Origin: Candidatus Brennerbacteria bacterium
GTDB taxonomy: Bacteria > Patescibacteriota > Minisyncoccia > UBA6257 > GWB1-50-10
Reading direction: 5' to 3'
Assembly (NCBI GenBank): GCA_016183535.1
Contig: JACPEK010000001.1
Coordinates: 15,519 to 79,518 of the forward strand
DNA length: 64,000 nucleotides
In this document: piece by piece, positions 46,194-54,824 of the stretch
How positions within the stretch are numbered: the stretch's first letter is position 1
How the letters are laid out: each line of letters begins with the position of its first letter
Position numbers and translations under genes: made by a program
The notes under the pieces: generated by a model
What the model was told of the DNA's origin: nothing
Databases searched by the model: none
The model's input: only the letters and a program-made list of their open reading frames with translations

Positions 46194-46508
46194 GTACCGC
46201 TTTTTAAAAACCTCTCACGCGCTCGCACTTCTTTACAGTTTGCCCGCCAAGGACGGGTGAATCTGCCGGCTTGGCCGCCAGTGAGCGGCTTTCGCCACCC
46301 GCGCAAACCCCACGAGAACGAATATATACGCCGCGAGAATCTTATTTAATACCTGATGATTTTTCAATGATAATAGGCACCGGTACGTTGTTTCGGCTAA
46401 AAAAGTAGCCGGCGGCGAAGCTCACGGTGAGGGCAAGCACGAGCGTGGCCCACGCAAGAGGTTTCACAAAGCGTTCCGGCACGGGAATTTTCTTTGCGCG
46501 GAAAAACA

Positions 46509-46537
46509 TTGACAGTGACCCGATTATACCTTAAGAT
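46509..46537 (+). promoter_or_regulatory. candidate rpmA promoter TTGACA-17-TAAGAT
   Basis: Consensus -35; ~95-nt structured leader before rpmA. Confidence 0.4.
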
Positions 46538-46635
46538 TCGTCCGTTGTTAAGGATAGTTCCCTCCTTCGGCGGGACGCTCATGGTGGTAGTGAAGTTTTC
46601 TTCACTCCACAGTGAGCTCAAAAACTTCAACCACT

Positions 46636-46908
46636 ATGGCACATACCAAAGCGAAAGGATCAACGAAATTAGGACGCGATTCCGAGTCAAAGCGGCTCGG
46701 CGTAAAACGCTTTGCGGGCGCTTCGGTGCGCGCGGGTGAGGTGTTGGTGCGCCAGCGCGGCACAAAGTTTTTCCCGGGCACAAATGTCCGGAAAGGCGGC
46801 GATGACACGCTCTATGCCATCAAAGCGGGATTGGTTCATTTTGTGAAACGGAAGCAACTTTATTTTGACGGAACAAAAAAAACCTCGCGCATCGTGAGCG
46901 TCAGGTAA
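46636..46908 (+). CDS. rpmA: 50S ribosomal protein L27
   Basis: ATG 46636 ([28 protein letters not shown]..). Confidence 0.9.
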   Translation: MAHTKAKGSTKLGRDSESKRLGVKRFAGASVRAGEVLVRQRGTKFFPGTNVRKGGDDTLYAIKAGLVHFVKRKQLYFDGTKKTSRIVSVR

Positions 46909-46919
46909 TCGGGACGATT

Positions 46920-47360
46920 TCAGTCCTCTCTCACCAGCGTCACACCGACGATGGCTTTTATCCCTTCGCCAAAATCGAGTTCCACGCGATGTGCGCCAAG
47001 GATTTTGAGGACTTTCGGGAGTTTTACCGTAACGTCGCGGCACCCTCTCGCCGCGAGCGTCTCTTCAATGTTTTTCGCGGTAACCGACCCGTATACTTCT
47101 CCGCCGGGACCCGCTTTTATGGGAAACGTGAGTTCGAAGCCGGTGAATTTTCCCGCCGCGATTTCCGCGGCGCGCCGCCGTTCTACGCGCCGTGCTTCTT
47201 TCGTCTCCTCCTCGCGCGCTTTTGCCGCGAGCGCTATTTCCGTCGCGGGAGCAGCGAGACCTCGGCGTATCAGAAAATTCCGCGCGTACCCCTCACGCAC
47301 TTCTTTCACATCGCCCTTGCGCCCCGTGCCCCGAATATCAGCTAACAAAATAACGCGCAT
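46920..47360 (-). CDS. rplI: 50S ribosomal protein L9
   Basis: 146-aa ORF MRVILLADIRGTGRKGDVKEV.. Confidence 0.9.
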   Translation of the reverse strand: MRVILLADIRGTGRKGDVKEVREGYARNFLIRRGLAAPATEIALAAKAREEETKEARRVERRRAAEIAAGKFTGFELTFPIKAGPGGEVYGSVTAKNIEETLAARGCRDVTVKLPKVLKILGAHRVELDFGEGIKAIVGVTLVRED

Positions 47361-47490
47361 AAAACTCTAAATCCATGCCTGCGGCAGGCAGGCTAAACAA
47401 ACCACAAATTCTAAATCACAAACGTTTGGAATTTTGGACTTGGAGTTTAAAATTTGTTTAGAGTTTAGGATTTCGGATTTAGGATTTCCG

Positions 47491-48690
47491 CTACTGTGGC
47501 TGGTATCCTATCTTCCCCCACATCACCTCAAGCGCTTTTTCAAGTTGTGGGTCTTTGTTTTCGTCATCACTCCCCTTTACTTCCACGTCGGGCGCAAGTC
47601 CTTCGCCGTTTATCTTCGTTCCCGCAGGCGTAAGCCATTCGGCGATGGTTACTTTCACCGTCGCGCCGTCGCGCAGATCTTCGATCTCTTGTACGCTCCC
47701 CTTCCCGAATGTTTTTTCTCCCACGAGCGTCGCACCGCGGATATCCCGGAGCGCTCCCGCGAGAATCTCGGAAGCGGATGCGGAACCGGCGTTCACAATC
47801 ACCACGACCGGAAGCTTTGCGAGCGCCGCGTTACCGTTCGCGAGGAGCGGCGTTTCCTCGCCGCCACGGAACTTTTCTTTCACCACCACCTCTCCGCGAT
47901 CCACGAACCATCCCGCCAGATGAGTGGCGACGTCCAGAAACCCTCCCGGATTATTTCGAAGATCCAACACAATCCCCTTCACTCCCCGAACAAGAGCGTT
48001 CAAACCCATTTCGTAAAACAGCGAAGGCGCGTTTGCGTTGAAGTTGTAGAGATGGACATACATCACGTTGCCGTCTTTCACTTCGTAATCGAGGGTCGGC
48101 ACCACGATGATGCGCCGCGTGATTTTAAATTCCCGCGCTTCTTTAAATCCCTCGCGAAAAACAAGGAGTGCAATCTCCGTATCGGGCTCGCCGCGAATGA
48201 TTTTTACGGCCTCCTCGACGGAAAGTCCTGCGGTCACAGTATCGCCCACTTTGAGTATGCGGTCTCCCGCCTTAAGCCCCGCTTCCTCGGCGGGGTTGCC
48301 TTTAAGCGGGGCCACGATGACGATCTCATTGTTGCGTATGCCGATTTCGGCGCCAATGCCGCCGAATACTCCTTCCAGATCCTCCCCAAACTTTTTTGCG
48401 TCACTCGGGCTGAAAAAGGTGGTGTAAGGATCTTTGAGAGTCGAGAGAGCTCCGCGAATCGCGCCGTAGACAAGCTCCTGGTCGTCAAATTTTTCCTCTT
48501 CCACGTATCGGTCCTTCACCGCTTGAACGGCCTCCCAAAAAAGCGAAAAGTCGGCGTCCACCACCTCGCGACTGTCGGTGATGCGGATCACCTTCGCATC
48601 CCGCGCATATTCCACGCCGCCGTAAAACGCTCCGCTCGCCACAACCGCGCCGGCCGCGACTCCTAAAATTAGTTTTTTATTAATCGTCAT
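47491..48690 (-). CDS. carboxyl-terminal processing protease (S41, PDZ domain)
   Basis: ATG 48690 (MTINKKLILGVAAG..); ..GIVLDLRNNPGG.., ..NAGSASASEI.., catalytic ..GEKTFGKGSVQ.. Confidence 0.85.
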   Translation of the reverse strand: MTINKKLILGVAAGAVVASGAFYGGVEYARDAKVIRITDSREVVDADFSLFWEAVQAVKDRYVEEEKFDDQELVYGAIRGALSTLKDPYTTFFSPSDAKKFGEDLEGVFGGIGAEIGIRNNEIVIVAPLKGNPAEEAGLKAGDRILKVGDTVTAGLSVEEAVKIIRGEPDTEIALLVFREGFKEAREFKITRRIIVVPTLDYEVKDGNVMYVHLYNFNANAPSLFYEMGLNALVRGVKGIVLDLRNNPGGFLDVATHLAGWFVDRGEVVVKEKFRGGEETPLLANGNAALAKLPVVVIVNAGSASASEILAGALRDIRGATLVGEKTFGKGSVQEIEDLRDGATVKVTIAEWLTPAGTKINGEGLAPDVEVKGSDDENKDPQLEKALEVMWGKIGYQPQ

Positions 48691-48743
48691 ATTGAAACAA
48701 TTTGATTGTAGGCGACTTGGCCTCCTGCCGCAACGCGGATGCT

Positions 48744-49244
48744 TCAGCGTCCCTCCCCCGCGCGATAGACGTGTTTTGCGTGATCGGTAAACACCTTTCC
48801 GTCGAGGTGATCCACCTCGTGCTGAAACACCCGCGCGAGAAATCCCCACGCGTTGATCTTCACCTTCTTCCCGCGAAGATCATACCCCGCGAGGGTTACG
48901 CGATCGGCGCGCTCCACGAGACCATAACGCTCCGGTATCGAGAGGCACCCTTCCTCCATCACCGCGGTTTCGATTCCCTTCTTCAAAAGTTCGGGATTTG
49001 CAATCGCGTAGAACTTCGGTCGCCCCTCGGCATCCGGCACCTGCGCAACGAAAAACCGTTTCTCGATGCCGATTTGGTTTGCGGAAAGCCCCACGCCGTT
49101 CGCCTCTTTCATGATCACGCGCATTTCCTTCGCAAGCGCGCGGAGCGCTTTGAATTCTTCTTTGGTGAGCGTGAGCGGCGAAAGCTTCTTCCGAAGCGTT
49201 CTTTCCTCGTTCTTGTTATGGACCAGATAAATGGAGTGGTTCAT
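48744..49244 (-). CDS. def: peptide deformylase
   Basis: 166-aa ORF; ..GVGLSANQIG.., EGCLS, HEVDHLDG. Confidence 0.9.
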   Translation of the reverse strand: MNHSIYLVHNKNEERTLRKKLSPLTLTKEEFKALRALAKEMRVIMKEANGVGLSANQIGIEKRFFVAQVPDAEGRPKFYAIANPELLKKGIETAVMEEGCLSIPERYGLVERADRVTLAGYDLRGKKVKINAWGFLARVFQHEVDHLDGKVFTDHAKHVYRAGEGR

Positions 49245-49582
49245 GATTTTTTTATCTGTTTTTTTCGAAGCGGGAGTTGCGTCTGCTTCCGGCGCGGCAT
49301 ATTTATTCGCCGCACCGAATTTTTCGTCTGTTGGAACCTCCGCATAAAATATGCGCCATAGTTTGCAATTCCCCTCCGCTCCGCCACATCTTTTGCGAGC
49401 ATAAGGAGCGCGTCGTTGTCGTACTCCCGCGCCAGCTTCAGATAGAGACGTTTGTGCGCACGATCACTCAATATCTCCGCAAGCATGAGGCCGGCTACTT
49501 GATATCCCTTTGAGATCGGCTTCGAATGAGCGCGTCGTTTCTTCAGATTTTCAATATATCCCGATGCGAACGGCTCGCGCAT
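49241..49582 (-). CDS. hypothetical protein (113 aa)
   Basis: Internal ATG 49582 (MREPFASGY..); upstream part of the ORF is antisense to fmt. Confidence 0.35.
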   Translation of the reverse strand: MREPFASGYIENLKKRRAHSKPISKGYQVAGLMLAEILSDRAHKRLYLKLAREYDNDALLMLAKDVAERRGIANYGAYFMRRFQQTKNSVRRINMPRRKQTQLPLRKKQIKKS

Positions 49583-49619
49583 AATGACAGTATAGAGGAG
49601 AACGTATAAGGTATAAAGT

Positions 49620-50465
49620 ATGAGATTCGCATTCTTCGGCACGCCCGCATTCGCGGTCACGATTCTCGAAAAACTCATTGCGAACGATTTTATCCCGGAA
49701 ACGGTGGTTACAAACCCCGATCGCCCCGTGGGGCGACGGAAAACACTCGCGCCGCCGCCGGTGAAACACACGCTCATGGAGCAGGATGAATCCATCCGCG
49801 AGCGTATCCGCCTCTTCCAACCCGAACATAAAAACGAGCTTCCGCTCATCCCCGGCGGCCCCTACGATTTCTTCATCGTCGCCGCATACGGATTTATTCT
49901 GCCGAAAGAACTACTCTCGCTCCCCCGTCTCGGCACGATCGGTGTGCATCCCTCGCTTCTTCCGTGTCACCGCGGCGCCTCGCCTATTCAATCAACAATC
50001 CTGGCGGGCGATCGCGAGGCGGGCGTATCACTCTTTCTCGTAGATGAGGACGTGGATCACGGTCCGGTCATCGCGCATGAAATATTGGACGGTTATGATA
50101 TTTCATCTATAACCTATCGCGAACTCCATGATGCGCTTGCGGAACTCGGCGGCGATCTCCTTGTACGCACACTCCCAGGATTTATCGAAGGAAATATTAT
50201 CCTCGAACCGCAAGACGAGTCGAAAGCAACGTTCACAAAAAAATTTACCACCGACGACGCGCGAGTGGATTTGGAAAAAGACGAGCCGGAAATGATATGG
50301 CGCAAAGTGCGCGCGTTAAATCCCGAGCCTGGCGTGTTTACCTTGATCTCGTCGAAAGGTGAACTTCGACGGATGAAAATTCTCGACGCCGACTTTCGCG
50401 ACGGAAAGCTCGTGCTCCGCCGCACGCAGATGGAAGGAGAACTCCCGAAAGAGGTTACTCGTTGA
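49620..50465 (+). CDS. fmt: methionyl-tRNA formyltransferase
   Basis: 281-aa ORF; ..IVAAYGFILP.., ..GVHPSLLPCHRGASPIQ.. Confidence 0.9.
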   Translation: MRFAFFGTPAFAVTILEKLIANDFIPETVVTNPDRPVGRRKTLAPPPVKHTLMEQDESIRERIRLFQPEHKNELPLIPGGPYDFFIVAAYGFILPKELLSLPRLGTIGVHPSLLPCHRGASPIQSTILAGDREAGVSLFLVDEDVDHGPVIAHEILDGYDISSITYRELHDALAELGGDLLVRTLPGFIEGNIILEPQDESKATFTKKFTTDDARVDLEKDEPEMIWRKVRALNPEPGVFTLISSKGELRRMKILDADFRDGKLVLRRTQMEGELPKEVTR

Positions 50466-50919
50466 TGGTTATTCGTTTATAGTCGAGTTTGATATTCTGC
50501 GCGTCCTCGAGCATGAATGAGGCGGGATCCGCAACAGATGCGCCGTTCGCGGTCACTGAAAGCTCGTACCCTTCGCGGGTAAATGATTTTCCCCACACAT
50601 CCATGAAATCGCCAAGCGTATAGGTGCGGCGGTTCTGCGATTCCACGTGGATTACACCTTGTGGTGCGTCGTCATCGTGTGTATGAATCGCGCGCTCGCA
50701 CCCTGCAAGCCCGATGCCGGCGGGGATCGCTTCCACGATTCTGTCCACCGTGATTGCGACGATGGGATGGATATGTTGAACGATCGGAAGATTAGACACC
50801 AAACAGGGTACGCCCGAACCGATCCCTCCGCCGTTTTTATTCTGGAGACGAGGATATGCGAAAAGCGCCACAAGAACGATCGTAATCCCCGCAATCCACA
50901 CCCATGTTTTGAGTTTCAT
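50455..50919 (-). CDS. hypothetical membrane-anchored protein
   Basis: ATG 50919 (MKLKTWVWIAGITIVLVALF..). Confidence 0.45.
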   Translation of the reverse strand: MKLKTWVWIAGITIVLVALFAYPRLQNKNGGGIGSGVPCLVSNLPIVQHIHPIVAITVDRIVEAIPAGIGLAGCERAIHTHDDDAPQGVIHVESQNRRTYTLGDFMDVWGKSFTREGYELSVTANGASVADPASFMLEDAQNIKLDYKRITINE

Positions 50920-51013
50920 ATAAGCGCCATCATACCACATCCGAAAGTTTGACAAATATTCTCTGAATGGCATAAAATAGAGACAGAACATTCGTCAACA
51001 AAAAGGAGGCTTC

Positions 51014-51637
51014 ATGAAATGGCTTATCAAGAAAATGGGCGGTACGCTCATTTTTTCAGTGGTTGCCGCGCTCATTGTTTGGACGACAGGGAATCTTTTC
51101 ACGTCCGAGAGCACACCACCCGACCATCGCGCGCTGGTAAATTTTTTCGGATGGCAACCGATAAAATTTTCCGTCATAACGGACGCGGCGCTCGCGCTTT
51201 TCATCCCGCTTGCGGTTGTCGGTATCGCGCAATTCGTTTCCCCGCCCACCGGAATATTCTGGGATTTTGAGTTTGAAACGGACGATCCGGATTACCAGTA
51301 TGGGATCGCGTGGGCGTTCGGTTTCATGATCGCAATCCTTTCGTATAGTATTGCGTTCCTCTTAAAAACCTTCGGGCTCGTCGCGCCGGATAATTCACTT
51401 ACCACCTCAATCGCCGGACTGGTCGCGGTTGCCGCGGGCCTGGCCGATAGGCAGTGGATTCATATTATGCTCCCCGGGATTGTGACTGGTTTCCTCGCAA
51501 CCGTTTTGATGATCGCGGGGATTGTCAACGGATGGATATTCCCATGGGTCATCTTCGCGTTAGGGTTCGTGAAATATACTTTCCGCCACGGCATGACCCC
51601 GCAATTTCGTAAAAAATCAAAATCCATTGTTCGCTAA
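51014..51637 (+). CDS. hypothetical polytopic membrane protein
   Basis: 207-aa ORF with SD AAAAGGAGG; 5-6 TM helices; followed by terminator. Confidence 0.55.
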   Translation: MKWLIKKMGGTLIFSVVAALIVWTTGNLFTSESTPPDHRALVNFFGWQPIKFSVITDAALALFIPLAVVGIAQFVSPPTGIFWDFEFETDDPDYQYGIAWAFGFMIAILSYSIAFLLKTFGLVAPDNSLTTSIAGLVAVAAGLADRQWIHIMLPGIVTGFLATVLMIAGIVNGWIFPWVIFALGFVKYTFRHGMTPQFRKKSKSIVR

Positions 51638-51648
51638 ATTTATCGGTT

Positions 51649-51683
51649 CCCGCCGCGACTCGTCGCGGCGGGCATTCTTTTGG
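51649..51683 (+). terminator. intrinsic terminator CCCGCCGCGAC-tc-GTCGCGGCGGG + CATTCTTTTGG
   Basis: Perfect 11-bp stem, U-rich tail. Confidence 0.55.
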
Positions 51684-51763
51684 TTGAAAAATCTCGAAAA
51701 CTAGGGCACATTGAATCCATTGCCGGGTCATCTAATGGTAGGAAAATATGTTAGCATACACAT

Positions 51764-52417
51764 ATGCCTAAAGGTGACGTACGCGCAGAGAAAATAGCCG
51801 CCACTATGCGGCGGAGAAAACTAAATAATTTCAGAAAATGGAGGAATCTCCACCCTGTTTACTACGCCACACTTCATAAAGGCGAGGGTCTTGCTGAATT
51901 TTATGGAACACTACTTGGTGATGGATGTATCGAAAAGTTTCCTCGAACAGAGAAACTTTCGATTAGTTTTAACTCAAAAGAGACCGACCACATAAACCAC
52001 GTCACAAAACTTATCGGTCAGCTTTTCAAGAAAAAACCTTCAATGAGGGAGCACAAAGGGAAACATTGCGTCGCACTCACGCTTTATCAAAGAAACATTA
52101 GTAGCAGATTAAAATTTCCAATCGGAATAAAACGACCGCAACCCATCAGAATTCCTCTTTGGGTTCGAAAAAACAAAAAGTTCCTCATCCGATGTTTGAA
52201 AGGTCTTTTTGAAACTGATGGTGATTGGGTTATTGATATAAAGTATGGGACAAATGTAATTAAATTTACGAACGTATCACGAACACTACTTAAGGACGTG
52301 TACACCTCTCTTATAAAACTCAAATTTGTGGCGCACATGGGTAAAAAGCGGGTCACAATCAATCGAAAATCCGAAGTGGAGAAATTTGTAAAAATGATAA
52401 AGTTTAGGCAATATTAG
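51764..52417 (+). CDS. LAGLIDADG-family homing endonuclease (two-motif, single-chain type)
   Basis: 217-aa AT-rich ORF; ..YGTLLGDGCI.. and ..LKGLFETDGDW..; ends 9 nt before tRNA-Gln. Confidence 0.6.
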   Translation: MPKGDVRAEKIAATMRRRKLNNFRKWRNLHPVYYATLHKGEGLAEFYGTLLGDGCIEKFPRTEKLSISFNSKETDHINHVTKLIGQLFKKKPSMREHKGKHCVALTLYQRNISSRLKFPIGIKRPQPIRIPLWVRKNKKFLIRCLKGLFETDGDWVIDIKYGTNVIKFTNVSRTLLKDVYTSLIKLKFVAHMGKKRVTINRKSEVEKFVKMIKFRQY

Positions 52418-52426
52418 CGGGTAAGT

Positions 52427-52500
52427 TGCGGGGTGGTGTAACGGTAGCACGCGTGGCTCTGAACCACGAAATTGGGGTTCGATTCCCTGCCCCGCAGCCA
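52427..52500 (+). tRNA. tRNA-Gln (anticodon CUG; U1-A72, G73)
   Basis: TGCGGGG..anticodon loop CTCTGAA..TTCGATT..CCCCGCA-G-CCA; architecture as in E. coli tRNA-Gln. Confidence 0.8.
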
Positions 52501-52536
52501 AGTCGAGCGCAACACTTTCGCACGAGTTCGTCAAGG

Positions 52537-52592
52537 GTCTCGAGCGAGGTTTCCCGCGCTCGAGACGCGTTCGAATCCAAGAGCCCCAGCCA
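52537..52592 (+). other. perfect 10-bp hairpin (GTCTCGAGCG/CGCTCGAGAC) followed by a tRNA 3'-end-like fragment GTTCGAATCCAAGAGCCCCAGCCA
   Basis: T-loop-like TTCGAAT and a CCCCAGCCA tail echo the tRNA-Gln 3' end (CCCCGCAGCCA) 65-90 nt downstream of the intact tRNA. Confidence 0.35.
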
Positions 52593-52629
52593 CATTGTAT
52601 GAATCGGAAAGGTTGCCTTTATACCCCAC

Positions 52630-53253
52630 ATGCCAAAAAATAACGAAATAATAATCAGGCCAGAAACCCCGCAGGATTACCGAGAAACGGAAAATGTTAT
52701 CAGGGAAGCATTTTGGGACGTATATAAACCAGGCTGTGATGAACACCTGATCATTCATAAGCTTCGAGAGTCGCCCGGCTTTATTGACGAACTGGACTTT
52801 GTTGCCTGCGATGGAGACAAAATCGTAGGAGCGGTGATCTGTCCAAGGGCAAAGATAAAAAACGAACAAGGCCAAGAATTCGCCGCATTATCCATGATCG
52901 TCGGCGTGTTGCCTTTCTACCAGAAGCAAGGAATCGGTTCCATGCTTATACAAAAAATCATTGGCGAAGCGCGGTCACTGGGCCATAAAGGAATCGTCAT
53001 ATTCGGAAACCCGGAATACTACCCACGTTTTGGATTTAGGAACGCGAAGGAATATGGCATACAAACATCAGACGGGCAAAATCTCGACCCGTTCATGGCC
53101 CTCGAGCTCTCCGACGGTAGCTTGAACGAAATCAAGGGTGCATTCGTTGAAGACCCGGCATTTCAGCCGGTGAGTGACAAAGAAGAATTAGAGTTATTCG
53201 ACAAGCAATTTTCTCCTAAAGAAAAGCACATCACCGATACACAATTAAAATAA
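52630..53253 (+). CDS. GNAT-family N-acetyltransferase
   Basis: 207-aa ORF; acetyl-CoA motif ..LPFYQKQGIGSMLIQKII..; AT-richer than downstream obg. Confidence 0.8.
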   Translation: MPKNNEIIIRPETPQDYRETENVIREAFWDVYKPGCDEHLIIHKLRESPGFIDELDFVACDGDKIVGAVICPRAKIKNEQGQEFAALSMIVGVLPFYQKQGIGSMLIQKIIGEARSLGHKGIVIFGNPEYYPRFGFRNAKEYGIQTSDGQNLDPFMALELSDGSLNEIKGAFVEDPAFQPVSDKEELELFDKQFSPKEKHITDTQLK

Positions 53254-53268
53254 TCTGGCCGTAGCCAT

Positions 53269-54225
53269 ATGTTCATCGACGACGTTACCATACGGGTCTT
53301 CGCCGGAAAAGGCGGGAAGGGCGCCGTGGCGTTCAATAAAAATCTCATGTCCTTGGGCCCCGCAGGAGGAAGCGGCGGGAAAGGAGGAAGCGTCTACGCT
53401 GAAGGCGTCTCGAACTTAAGCGCGCTCCAGCAGTTCCGCTACGAGAAATCCATCCAGGCGGAACATGGTATGGAAGGCCGCGGCCAGTTTAGAGACGGCC
53501 ACGACGGCAAGGATCTTACGCTTAAAGTTCCGGTGGGCACCGTGATACATAACCTGACCGAGGAAAGCACGGTGGAAATCACAAAGATTGGCGAGCGCAT
53601 ACTCCTCGCAAAAGGCGGGAATGGCGGGAAGGGAAACTTCCATTTTCGCTCACCGCGCCTCACCACGCCAAAACGGTTCCAACCGGGCCTGCCGGGAGAA
53701 GCGTTCCAGTTCCGCTTGGAGCTGAAACTCACCGCCGACATCGGGTTTGTAGGGTTCCCGAACGTCGGGAAATCCAGTTTATTGAACGAACTGACGAATG
53801 CGAAAAGCAAAGTGGCCAACTATCCCTTCACCACACTTGAACCAAATCTCGGCGCATATTACGAGCTTATCCTTGCCGACATTCCCGGCCTCATTGAAGG
53901 TTCGTCACGCGGGAAAGGACTCGGCATTAAATTCCTTCGCCACATCGAGCGGACACGCATCCTTTTCCATTTCATCTCGGCGGAGTCCCCTTCTCCAAAA
54001 AAAGATTACAACGCTATTCGTAAAGAGCTAGGGAGCCACAACAAAAAACTTCTGGAAAAGCCCGAATATCTCTTTCTCACCAAAAGCGATGAAGCATCCC
54101 CCGCAGACCTGAAAAAGAAGCTTGCGGTGCTGAAAAAAATAAACCGTCAAGCGATGGCAATCTCGCTCTATGACGACGAAAGCGTCGCGGCGGTAAAGAA
54201 ACTTCTGAACAAGATCAAGAGCTGA
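53269..54225 (+). CDS. obg: GTPase Obg
   Basis: 318-aa ORF; Gly-rich Obg fold, GFPNVGKSS, DIPGLIEG. Confidence 0.9.
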   Translation: MFIDDVTIRVFAGKGGKGAVAFNKNLMSLGPAGGSGGKGGSVYAEGVSNLSALQQFRYEKSIQAEHGMEGRGQFRDGHDGKDLTLKVPVGTVIHNLTEESTVEITKIGERILLAKGGNGGKGNFHFRSPRLTTPKRFQPGLPGEAFQFRLELKLTADIGFVGFPNVGKSSLLNELTNAKSKVANYPFTTLEPNLGAYYELILADIPGLIEGSSRGKGLGIKFLRHIERTRILFHFISAESPSPKKDYNAIRKELGSHNKKLLEKPEYLFLTKSDEASPADLKKKLAVLKKINRQAMAISLYDDESVAAVKKLLNKIKS

Positions 54226-54812
54226 TGAGTTATCACACCCACCTTAGCAAGGTGGATAAGGTCATGGCGAGGTTGGTGAAACGCTATCCCCTGAAACCTA
54301 TCCGACCGGCGATGAATCCCCTTGAGGAGCTCGTCGGGTCGATCATATCGCAACAGCTCTCCGTAAAAGCCGCGAACACCATCGCTGCGCGTTTTATCGG
54401 TCTCTACGGCACGCGTATGCCCTCCGCGGCACGCATAGTGAAAACTCCCGTCGCGCGGATGAGGAAATGCGGGATTTCAAACGCAAAAGCGCGTTACCTC
54501 AAGAACGTGGCGCGCGCATTTTTGAAGGGCCACCTCAACCGCACCCATTTGATGCGTATGAGCGACGCGGAGGTTCACACGCGGCTCCTCGCCATCAAGG
54601 GCGTAGGGCCATGGACGGTGGAGATGTTTCTTATCTTCGCGCTCGGCCGCCCCGACCTATTTTCACCCGGCGACGTCGGTCTCCAGAACGCGATACGGGC
54701 ACGCTACGGAAAAGAACCGACGCCCGCCTTCATGAAAAAACTCTCGGCGCGCTGGGCGCCCTACCGCAGTTACGCCTGTCGCTACCTCTGGAAATCGCAG
54801 GATAACGAATAG
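54225..54812 (+). CDS. DNA-3-methyladenine glycosylase II-like HhH-GPD protein
   Basis: 195-aa ORF overlapping obg stop (TGATG); ..IKGVGPWTVEMFLIFALGRPD.. with catalytic Asp. Confidence 0.75.
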   Translation: MSYHTHLSKVDKVMARLVKRYPLKPIRPAMNPLEELVGSIISQQLSVKAANTIAARFIGLYGTRMPSAARIVKTPVARMRKCGISNAKARYLKNVARAFLKGHLNRTHLMRMSDAEVHTRLLAIKGVGPWTVEMFLIFALGRPDLFSPGDVGLQNAIRARYGKEPTPAFMKKLSARWAPYRSYACRYLWKSQDNE

Positions 54813-54824
54813 CACACCGAAAGA

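Noticed and set aside
46069-46260. 63-aa plus ORF MVRGRGFEPPSPCGRY..
   Set aside because: Translation of the tRNA-Leu antisense strand (GFEP = T-loop)
46397-46630. 77-aa minus ORF upstream of rpmA, and a 55-aa hydrophobic minus-strand micro-ORF (about 46345-46509)
   Set aside because: The 77-aa ORF overlaps the rpmA promoter and leader and has no SD or homology. The micro-ORF is plausible but unsupported (no SD, below ORF-track threshold)
52501-52592. Possible second tRNA downstream of tRNA-Gln
   Set aside because: It has a T-loop-like TTCGAAT and an ..CCCCAGCCA tail, but no matching 5' acceptor strand, D-arm or anticodon arm can be paired; treated as a tRNA-end remnant plus hairpin
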